Positions 51,553-62,700 of a stretch of DNA of 64,000 nucleotides are shown here, in pieces. Every line of letters starts with the position of its first letter. Position 1 is the stretch's first letter. The position numbers and the translations under genes were made by a program. Source of the stretch: Malacoraja senta (Eukaryota); contig CM075988.1 of assembly GCA_038087875.1 (NCBI GenBank), positions 15,996,001-16,060,000 of the forward strand. Reading direction: 5' to 3'. The notes under the pieces are model-generated. The model worked only from the letters and a program-made list of their open reading frames with translations. It was not told the DNA's origin and did no database searches.

Positions 51553-52159
51553 AGATTAAAGGATAACTCAACGCCATTTAGAATAAAAGGCAAGATAAAT
51601 CCCCAGGTATTTGGCTGTGGAGCCTCATCTGACTGCAATAAGGATAAAACGAGACTGCTGCGTAATTGTGGCGTCGCCTGTCCTCCAATGCCCTCCATCC
51701 ATGTCCTCCACATATGCTGCTCGACCCGCTGAGTTACTTTAGCACTTTGTGTTCTATACAAGATTGCAGCATCTGCTGCTCCCTGTGTCTCCTCCACCAG
51801 TCAGTTAATTCACTGCTTGTAGAATGTGTTTCCCTCTCACTTGTATGAATCCCTCTTCGGGGCGATTCTCAGACTCCCTCTCATTTTCTCCCAGTCCGAT
51901 TCCTTATTTCCGATGCTCCCTCGAGTTTGGTTCGTCTTTCATTTGATTTCCCAGTCTGATTCTCTTTCGCAAAAGTTCTCAGCCTGTTTTTCGGTTTAAT
52001 TCTCTCCTAGTCAGTCACGGTCTATTAACTCCAAGAGTCTCAACTGAGATTAAAAGAACCCCCCCCCCCCACGCTATTTAGAAAGGAGCAAGATAAATCT
52101 CGAGGTATTTAGCTGCAGTGCCACATGTGACTGGGAATAAGGATCAAAAGAGACTGCTG
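51553..52159 (+). repeat. Diverged direct duplication of about 110 bp (51553-51660 and 52047-52159) upstream of MFRP
   Basis: Shared blocks AGATTAAA, ATTTAGAA, GCAAGATAAAT, AGGTATTT, TGACTG, AATAAGGAT, GAGACTGCTG in the same order. Confidence 0.8.
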
Positions 52160-52305
52160 ATCAACTTTAGGGTTCAGAGCCCAGAATCTGAATCTTGGAG
52201 TATTTTTTATCATTCACTATGTCGAACATGTGGTGACGAGAACACGAAGACAGTTGATACAGGATTTAACATGTTTGAAAACCTGTGAGTACTCTGATCG
52301 TTGAC

Positions 52306-52540
52306 NNNNNNNNNNNNNNNNNNNNNNNNNNNNNNNNNNNNNNNNNNNNNNNNNNNNNNNNNNNNNNNNNNNNNNNNNNNNNNNNNNNNNNNNNNNNNNN
52401 NNNNNNNNNNNNNNNNNNNNNNNNNNNNNNNNNNNNNNNNNNNNNNNNNNNNNNNNNNNNNNNNNNNNNNNNNNNNNNNNNNNNNNNNNNNNNNNNNNNN
52501 NNNNNNNNNNNNNNNNNNNNNNNNNNNNNNNNNNNNNNNN
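52306..52540. other. Assembly gap (235 N)
   Basis: Run of n characters. Confidence 1.
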
Positions 52541-52987
52541 AGGTGAAAAGACTAGGCTTGTATTCACTGGAGTTTAGAAGGATGAGCGGGAATCTTATAG
52601 AGACATATTAAATTATAAAAGGACTGGACAAGCTAGATGCAGGAAATTTTTCCCCAATGTTGGGCGAGTCCAGAACCAGGGGCCACAGTCTTAGAATAAA
52701 GGGGAGGCCATTTAAGACTGAGGTGAGAAAAAACTTTTTCACCCAGAGAGTTGTGAAATTGTGGAATTCCCTGCCACAGAGGGCAGTGGAGGCCAAATCA
52801 CTGGATGGATTTAAGAGAGAGTTAGAGAGAGCTCTAGGGGCTAGTGGAATCAAGGGATATGGGGAGAAGGCAGGCACGGGTTATTGATTGGGGACGATCA
52901 GCCATGATCACAATGAATGGCGGTGCTGGCTCGAAGGGCCGAATGGCCTCCTCCTGCACCTATTTTCTATGTTTCTATGTTTCTATG
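52541..52987 (+). mobile_element. Young CR1 LINE 3' end abutting the assembly gap
   Basis: LGLYSLEFRRM...FFTQRVVKLWNSLP; (TTTCTATG)3 tail. Confidence 0.9.
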
Positions 52988-53249
52988 GGTGGTTGAAGAT
53001 GGCGAGACAAGCAAAGTGAGTGAGATCAGGATCTGTAAATGCGATACTGCAGGGTACACAGACCTGCTCGCTGGAGAGTGGAGAATGGCAGAAAGGCACA
53101 GGAGGAAAAGGGGCATGATAGAAAAAAGACGTAAAAATATATTGGAAATCTGGCATGTACAAAGTAAGACTATGAATATGTATATTTTTAATAATGAAAT
53201 ATACAATGTATGGAGTCTTGAAGCTGACCAGTAACTCAAAACATTTCTC

Positions 53250-53588
53250 CAACTTTCCCTCTCTTTCTGTCCCTCCCCCACCTTAGCTTTCCAACTAATT
53301 TCACTGCCCTAATTAATGTTACTGATTATATGCCTCCTTGTCACCTTCCCCTCAGCTAACAATGAACCAATCTACATTACCCTATCATCGTCTGCTTTGA
53401 CATGTCCTTTTCACACCTTACCCTTCCATATCTCTAGACTCCCTCTCCCCTGACTCTGTCTGATGAAGGGTCTCGACCCGAAACGCCACCCATTCCTTCT
53501 CTCCAGAGATGCCGCCTGCCCGCTGAATTACTCCAGCATTTTGTGTCTATCTTCGGTGCAAACCAGCTTCTGCAGTTCCTTCCTACAC
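53250..53588 (+). repeat. Longer Penelope 3'/pLTR-type fragment ending in the short element
   Basis: Pyrimidine-rich leader, then CTGATGAAGGGTCTCGACCCGAAAC and the family tail. Confidence 0.75.
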
Positions 53589-53697
53589 AGATCAAAACAT
53601 TTGTTCTCTTCATCCACCTATGTCCTATTGCACCAATGTATTTCAGGAAATTGCATTAGTTTCCGATTCTTGATGCTGCTTCTGGATTTCCTCAAAC

Positions 53698-53760
53698 ATG
53701 TGGGAAAGAGTGGAGTTTATAGAAATCAATCTGGATGACCCCAAAAGAGAGGACAGTAAG
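53698..53760 (+). CDS. MFRP: MFRP coding exon 1 MWERVEFIEINLDDPKREDSK
   Basis: aacATG start, AAG|gtaagg donor, phase 0; ends in SK like the human exon 1 (recalled). Confidence 0.72.
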
Positions 53761-56700
53761 GTAAGGATAAGGCTTAGGGATCAAACTTAAGTTCTCAGCT
53801 CTTTCAATTGAAGAATCCATCTATAAACTAATTTTAAAATCTCTTATGTGTTGGGTCTCTTGGCTTCAATCATTTTGATATTGGACTTCCATGTGGAATT
53901 GTTCCCCTCCAAGGTGATTCCACCAGCACCGTACACAACCATAGTGGCCATCCTTGTGGCCAGTGGCCATCAGTGTGTTGAAGAACTTGAGGCGAGAAAA
54001 GATCAGGACTCTTGTAGCGGCAGCCACAAATGACCTCAGGCAGGGCAGTGCCTGGAAGGTCAATTGTTGGATAGGGAAGGTGTGATCACAAGGGAAACAA
54101 TGTGGACCTTGAGATTACACCTTCCCGAGCCAACAATGGTCCTCCCAGGCACTCTCCTACCTTAGGTCATTTGTGGCTGGCTCTGATTGGTCCTGGTCTT
54201 TTCTTGCCTTCAGCTCCTCACTTCTCTCTCTCCCCCCCCCATCTCTTACTTTCAGTCTGAAGAAGGGTCCTGACCCAACATGTCAACCATCCTTCTTCCC
54301 CAGTGATGCTGCCTGACCCGGCTGAGTTACGCCAGCACTTTGTATCTATGGTATAAACCAGCATCTACAGTTCTTTGTTTCTATATTCCACATGGAAATT
54401 TGCCACAGTTGAGCCCAGTTCTGACCTCCTCTTAGCATTTCTGCAAGTCATTGGATAATATCAAAAACAACAGTCCATACGATTCTGCCTCTATAACCTA
54501 GCAGATTTGAAACTAATTATAAAACCCATACTCATGATTAAACACTTCGCTACTGACAAGACTCTTCAAAAACATTGCAACATTCATTCCTAATATTAAT
54601 TACATGTATGGAGGGGTCTGGGCGTAATGGAATAATAAAGACTAAAACTGAGCAAAATTTCAAAAGGGAAATAAGAGAGTGATTTGTTTATTTTCAGACT
54701 GATTTCATTAACCCAGTGTACCAGCCAGACTGTGGGAATGAAGACAATGGGGAACAGGGAGCTGCAAACTACCTGAAAACTAACCTGCAGAATGAATCAG
54801 GTGAGAGCAGTTTAGTGCATCCATATTCTGAAGTTGAATCCTGGTTTGACCAACATTGATTCTGGATTGCCCCATGATGGGGTGTATGGTGAGCAGAAGA
54901 CGTGGGGAAGGAAGAGAGAAACTGTGGGAAGTCTAGTGGGGTGGAAGAGGAAGGGGAAGGAGTTGGTAGAAGGTAGGGCAGGGTCAGAAGTCAAGAAAGT
55001 AATTGGGAGTACATGGAATGAGTTGTACCAGCTCTGAGGGATGACATGGCATTGATAAGGGGAATTGGAGAACAAGGAACAAGGAGGAGGTTAGGGAGGG
55101 AATGGGAACTAGATGGTATGCAGGGGGTCTGGAGTGTGTTCGGAGAGGCGATGAAATACAGGAATGGGCTGTGGGTCTTGAGGGACCTGCATTCTACCCC
55201 TCATCCAAGTTGCTCATTGAGGGAGGGAAAATAGGCAAGGGTTGGATCTACATTAATATCAATCAGGGCCAAGCAAAGAACAGTTGATGAATGGCTGGTG
55301 TGTTGAGGGGTAGGCCACGGAAGAAACATGTTGCAATAAGACCTACTCTGGGGAAAGTTATCATTTCAGCACCACATTTAATTAAAGTTTTTTTATAAAT
55401 GACAGACCTTGTGTCACCTTGACAGGGAGAGCTCGAACTAGAAAACATTGAAACTGTCAATCCTAGGGACTCAAGGCAGTAAAAAATAATGTCCAGAGTT
55501 TATAGTTTGTAGCTTGATGGGAAAAAGGGCAGTATAAATATTAATATTTTATACAAATATTAATCCAAACTATAAATATTAATACTTAATAGGAAGTGAA
55601 AATCATAACTCTGGATTTTATTATTAAAAAACAATTCAGCTGAATATAAATGCCCAAATAGAGAGAAAATTATGCACAGGGTGGATGCAGGGAAGAAAGA
55701 AATCTGCAAAAAACATTATTTCGGTGAACACGTGATCAGTCTAGAAACAGATTCACTGGGGAGATGGTGGAAGTGGATAGCAGTGATTCATCTGAATGAA
55801 AATGATGCAGGTTCTTTCGGAAATAATCTTTTGGGATACAACAAATGAGTGAACTGAGTTGCGACGTAGATATAACATGTTTGGGAGGAACGTATTTAGG
55901 TGGCCTCTTTAACATGATGACATATTCTAAGTCGATTCACAGAAGTATTACCAAATAAAATTTGACACTGAGCCACAAACGTAAGTATTATTATGGATCA
56001 GTAAAAGCTTGGTTAAAGACATATGTTAAGCAGAAGGCGAGGTTGAGAGGCAGCTATTTGGAATCAGCCAGAAACAATGGATCATCATCAATGAGAACTT
56101 GAAGAGTAACTACCAAGAGTCCATGTGGAATACACTGAACAACACCAAAATATTCATTTGCCAGGATACATGGAGTACATCCCTGATGATCTGAAAGGGA
56201 TGCTCTGTAGCAAACTCAAGAGGCAGAGTATTAGGGAGGGAATTCCAAAACCCAGGGCTTCAGCAGCTGAAGGCATGCCAAATCATTTAGTACTACTTGT
56301 TACAGTATTTTTTCTCCTCATCACATATCTGGTTTTGTAGCACATTCATTGATACAGATTAACTGCTATGTTTCATCAATAACTCCATCATCATTACATT
56401 AAGCAACAAGCAGGACATTAGGTGGTGAACAATAGGTTTTGAACATTTTGATGCCCAGCAATTGATGTTTATGAAAGGTTACAACACTGGCAGACTTTGC
56501 ATCATAACGTTTAACAAATGAAACAGAGTCCAATTGTAAATGGGAACAAAAGCCATGTAACATCGTAGATAGACACAAAGTGCTGGAGTAACTCAGCAGG
56601 TTGGGCGGCATCTCTGGAGAAAATACATGGGTGGGGATCCTTCTTCAGAAGTCCCACAATTGAAGTCTGAAGAAAGGTCCCGACCCAAAACATCACCCAT

Positions 56701-59700
56701 CCTTTTTCTCTAGAGATGCTGTCTGACCCACTGAGTTACTCCAGCATTTTGTGTCTATCTTTGGTATAAACCAGCATCTGCAGTTCTTTATTTTTCCATC
56801 TATCGTCTGAATAGGTGAAAGTGTAAATTGCTCATTCTAAGCTTCCCCCCAGTCTAGTTTCAGTCAAAAATCACTGAGTCAAGCACTTGTGCATCTAAAT
56901 TTTATTTTGACAAAACACAATTACATTTCCAACTACTGTACCTAACCACCGCGGGTTCGATCCTTGTATCTGCCTGGCCAAGCCCTCTTGGCCTCGCTCA
57001 AACAGAGACAATCCAGAAGGTCACGCAGTCCTAAGCGTTCTCCCAGAAGATCGACACAGGACCTCGTGGGAGCGGTCTTTTATAGGTCCCCGAACCTTGA
57101 GGGCCGAACCACATGGGGGTGGACGCTTTACAGTCCAATAACAGATATCGATTAACCCCGTATATGGCAGACATTTACCTAACCCAATAATACAGTGGCT
57201 AATAAATTGTATTCAAACAGTGTTTGTCAAAGAAAACGAACATCGAACATCGCCCTGATATGCAAGAAAACCAGACAAGGCTCAATGCTTAATCCAATCA
57301 ACATCCAGCAAAGTAAAGCTTCGCAACATTATTTACAATGTATATGTCTGGTTTGCATTCATCCAATCCATTCTATGCATTTTGCACCTCATTGTCAGGA
57401 TCTGCAGATGTTCCCATTCTCTTCCTGCAGCTCTAATCTAGGCTCTAGACAAACTGGCACCATTTTGCAGCTTTTTCCATTTCTACAGAAGGCACTTTTA
57501 AATTGACCAAATGGCCTAGCAGCTCAGAAGCCTTTACTCAATTTTAGTGTCCTAGCCTCTCCAATTTGGCCAGGATTAACATTCCTTCCTTTTATCATAT
57601 ATGATAAACCATCATTTATGATACTAAGTAGTCAGATAATCAGATAACCAGATATACATATGTGTGTCCATTACATTCTCCATCTATTAACAACAACAAG
57701 ATGATGATGTTTCTTCCCAGAATCTTATCAAGCTTCCTGAGTTTTCGTGGGCGTAGCTTCATAATTTCCGTCTGATGAGTCTTCACCTCCCGAGTTTTCG
57801 TGGGCGTGAATTTGGGCAGGATTAACAAAAGGAGATGTAACAGGTCGATCAGTCCATTGCAATTTGTAGTGTTGTGAGAGAAGTGGCATGTGTGTGAGTA
57901 GCAATTCCCCAATCTTGTAACGATGTTTCTTGTTTGAGATTTTTCCACAAGTGAAAGCATCTTGGACAATGCTGCCAGACATTTGGGAGGGTAGTAGAAG
58001 AGGAAAACAGTCAAATGTAAGGTGCAAGCTATGAGTTGGGAGTAAAAGAGTTTTGCTTTAATGAATTTTAAATGTTTCAACTCCAGTGCATGGCTCTTGG
58101 GAAATACTCATTGGAAGAGCTGGTGCATGCCCAGGTCCAATGTGGCTCATAGCCATAGGATTGGCTATAATCTTGACGTTGACTATCGGAGGGAGTTTGA
58201 TCACTTTCACAATTCGTAAGTATTTGAATCCATTCGGGGCAGATGGCAGTAAGTAGTACAATCTTTACCCTGAGCTGTGACCTCAGGAAGTGGTATGAAC
58301 TTACCTCCAGGAATCTCTTTGATCAGGAGGTGACAGACCAATAAATTTCACACTTTTCTGGGGAAAATGCAAAGATGTACTTCCATCACACACGTATCAC
58401 CATTTAAAAAAGAAGCAAATAATCCTTTTTGAATGTTCTCTGTGAACATTGAGGGCAACATCAGCTACCACCAGTCACTCGATTGAAGGTGATTGTACAG
58501 TGTTGCTAATTGGTTTATTCAGTATAACTGGTTTATATATAGGGCGGCCTCATGGCGCAGCGATAGAGTTGCTGCCTTACAGCGCCAGAGACCGAGTTTC
58601 GATCCTGACTGCAGGCGCTGACTGGTCAGAGTTTGTACATTCTCCCCGTGACCTGTGTGAGCTCTGGTTTCCTCCCACACTCCAAAGATATACAGGTTTG
58701 TCGGTTAATTGTCTTGGTAAAATTGTAAATTGGCCCTAGTGTGTGTAGGATAGTGCTAGTGTGCAGAGATCTCTGGTTGGCGCAGACTCGGTGGGCCGAA
58801 AGGCCTGCTTCTGTTCTGTATCTCTAAATCTAAACTGAACTTTAATTTCCGCTCACTCCACCCGCATGCTAAATTATATTTCTCACAAAACATGCTACAA
58901 CAAATATATCAAAGTGAGTGTGTGATGATCATCTACAGACCACTGATCAAGAATTTTTAGAAGTCTATCTGCAGTTTACCTCCAATGAATCAGCAATCAT
59001 TAATTGGTTGTATATCATCAGTACAAACAACACTGATGTGCTGCTAACCCAGCATCAATGTTCTTATTAGAGGCTGTCCTAAGGCCAAGTGTAGTCACTA
59101 GTTTACTGCAGCGTGACTCCCAATTGAAGCAGAGCAAGTTCCCATTAAGAGCTATTAATAATAACAAAGTCATTTGGATTGAGATGTTGGCTGAGTGATA
59201 TATTTTGTCCTAGTCTCTGGTGAGAACTCCTCTACAATTCTGTGACATTGATGTGGAATTGTTCTCATCTATCGGAGAGGAAAGATGGGTCTCAATCCCA
59301 ATACTGCAGCACATCCAGTGTATTGTACAAGAAGTGCAGTCTGATTTTGTGTATTGTCTCAACGTTGGGGCTTGGCCCTACCATTGCCCATCCCATAGCC
59401 AAAAGTACAATTATTAAGCCTTGGCTGTTCGCTATTTAGCCTAGTTTCTGAGAGGTTCAGTAACAATTTAACAACAACACTCCTTTCCCTCTAGTTTTCC
59501 TCCCACTGCTTACAGATTTCTCAACCTGAAGCTGGGACCAAGCAGAGGGGCAAGTCTAACCTGCTCCAAACATTGCCGATCTCAGTCTAAGAAAATGCCC
59601 CACACAACTTTGGATGAAATGCCTTTCACAATAATTGCTAAACCTGAAATTTCTCCAAACCATCCAATGCTTTTTCTTTCTTTCTGTAGAACTGGTTATT

Positions 59701-62700
59701 CAGAAATCAACCAATAATCATTCTGGGGAAGTGGTCAATGTGCCCAACAATGGGAACAAGACGTCCATCAGCCTCTTTACAGCCTCTCCCTCTGCCACTA
59801 TCTCCAGCTCTGAGAACATCGTCCTGGCCATTCCTGGTTTTTCAGCAGCTACTGCACCATCCCGAACATCAGTGCCATCACCATGTGAGTGTTACCACCT
59901 CTGTATAATATTCCATCACACAAAACTGGCTAATGGACCCATTCAAAGGTCACACAGCCATTCTCCAGAGATGCTGCCTGACTCACTGAGATATTTCAGC
60001 ACTTTGTGTCTTTTTTCATTATATTCTTTGGTTGTCCATCAACCTGACTCTAGATTGACATAAAGCAGCTGGAGTAACTCCGCGGGCCAGGCAGCATCTC
60101 TGGAGAAAGAGGAATAGGTGACGTTTCGGGTCATAACTCTTCTTCAGATTGAAAGAACGAAGAAAGATCTTTCAGTCTGAAGAAGGGTTCCGACCCGAAA
60201 CGTCACCGATCCTTTTTCTCCAGAAATGCTGCCTGGCCCGCTGGGTTACTCCAGCACTTTGTCTCTGTCTTGCCATTCCTGTTCAATTATCCTGGGATAT
60301 CTTTCTTCATCCTGCTAACAATTTGACAGCCTTCTGATTTTCAATTTGACTCCATCAATTCCTAATTTTATTTATGAATGATGTATGAAAAACAGCCTTA
60401 ACGCAAAATGCTGGAGAAACTCAGCGGGTGAGGCAGCATCTATGGAGCGAAGGAAAAAGGCAACGTTTCGGGTCGAGACCCTTCGTGCAGCGAATCGTTT
60501 AGTTTTTTTTTCTGATCTAATGAAGGTAATCAAACTTTCGGACTGTGACATTGGGCTGACTCTTGCGGTCTCTGATTGCAGCATGTGGTGGGGTCTTTCG
60601 AAACCCCGAGGGATCGTTCTCCTCCCCTCGCTACCCAGCACAATACCCGGCGAGCCTGATGTGCATTTGGTGGATCTTGGCAGAACCGGGGCTCGTGATC
60701 CAGTTTAAAGTCGACTCCCTAAACATCGAGGGACACTCGCCTTGTCACTTTGACCGGCTGGATCTTCATGAAGAAGAGGGAAACGGGTTTCACACGCATC
60801 AGTTAGCTAGGTCAGTCTATGTTCCCTCCACCTGTCCATCCCTCTGCAACTTGTGTAGGAAGGAACTGCAGATGCTGGTTTATACCAAATACAGACACAA
60901 AATGCTGAAGTCTGAAACTGAAGTCTGAAGAAGGGTCTCGACCCGAAACATCACCTATTCCTTTCCTCCAGGGATGCTGCCTGACACGCTGAGTTACTCC
61001 AGCATTTTGTGTCCATCTTCTCTGCAATTTGATTCTTTTCTATCCCAGTTCTGGTGAAGATATTTGTTTCTTTTCCCACAGATGCCGTCTGATCTGCCGA
61101 GTGCAAAGAGTATTTTTGTTTTTTAAATATAAAATGAGGTCAGTCGGCCAAGGAAGATGTAAAACTATTAAGCTTAGGTTGCTGTGACATTAGCTGAGCC
61201 AGTTGTGTAGGATCCCCGAGGATTAAGCTGATAGCTAATGTTAGAACTAACTTCGTAGGAGAGCTAAATTGGGCAGGGTGTTAAAACTAGCATTTGGATG
61301 GTGCAGTGGTGCAGTTGGTTGAGCTGCTGCCTGACAGCACCACAGGCCCATGTTCGATCCTGACCTCAGGTACTGATTGTGTGGAGTTTGCACGTTCTCC
61401 TGTGTAGGTTTCCTCCGGGTGCTAAAGGTATCCTCCCACATCCTAAACACGTGCGGATTTGTAGGCTAATTGAGCTCCGCAAATTGCCCTCAATGCGTAG
61501 CGAGTGGATAACAAGGGATAACTAGTGTGAACGTGTGTTCAGTGGTCGATGTTTACTCGAAGGCCCTGTTTCAATGCTGTTTCTCTAAACTAAAGTAGTG
61601 TTGTTTTTGACCCCCCGACCACCAGCAGTCGGAAGAAAGATCTTGACCTGAAACGTCGCCTATCCATTCCTTCCACAGATGCTGCCTGACCCACTGAGTT
61701 CCTCCAGCACTTTGTGTTTTATGCATGATTCTAGCATCTGGAGTTCCTTGTGTCTTCATTGTTCTTGACCTGGTCAATTCCCTGCTAGGACAATTCGGTT
61801 AAAATAGTGACTCTCGCACCCCCTCATCAACATCCTTTGCAACGCTTTTCTCAACGTGTTCCTACTATTTCTAGTTTTGGGTTCTAATTGTACTCCGTGT
61901 CACCTGGGTATTATTTAAAACATGAAGGGTCATCAGATGTAGAGTCTAGACGGAGATTTCTTTCCTCCCACATTGACCTCTTGCACCCTAATCTAACTCG
62001 ATCACCTGTAACCAGAGGTCAGAGCCTCAAAATTAAAGGAGGTTCCCTGAGGTAGGAGATGAGGAGGGATTTCTTTAGTCAGTGGATTGTGAATCTGTTG
62101 AATTCATTGCTACAGAAGGCTGTGGAGGCCAGCTCAACAAAGATAGATAGGTTCTTGATTAGTATGGATGTCGGAGGTTCTGGGGAGAATGGGGTTGAGA
62201 GGGAAAGATAGATCAGCCATGATTTTAATGGCGGAGTAGATTGATGAGCTGACTGGCCTAATTCTGCCCCAATCACTTATGCACATGAACTTCCATTTAC
62301 AACTCTCTGTCCTGTGAACTGTCGGATGGCAGTGTTGATTTGTTATCATTGGAGGTGTGGGTGAGCTTTTAAGAGCAGAATAGTTTTTTTTTGCGCAATT
62401 ACAGTTTGGTGTTCCCAGAAGCACCAGGTGGACGTGAGACTTTTAGCCACAGAGTTAAGGTAGGGGAATGATCAGCTTTGAGTTGCCAAATACCATTGGG
62501 AAAGAGCAGAACAAAGTGCTGGAGTAACTGGAGGGGGTCGGGCAGCATCTGTGGAGGGAAGAGGCAGATGATGTTTCGATTCGGGATCCTTCATCAAACT
62601 GATTGGCACAGGTGGGGGAGAAAGGTGGAAATGAGAAGTGTAGTTTGGGTAAAGTGATAGGTGGATGCAGGTGAGGAGCCTGGTGGGCAATTGGAGTAAG

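Noticed and set aside
52217-52611. ORFs spanning X runs
   Set aside because: Artefacts of the 235-N gap
55399-55422. ATGACAGACCTT... as an MFRP start (resembles a fish MSDL start)
   Set aside because: Stop after 7 codons, and it lies downstream of exon 2
58542-58615. tRNA-like A/B boxes (also 61296 and 31770) as tRNA genes
   Set aside because: They continue into V-domain and LINE-tail sequence, so they are SINE heads
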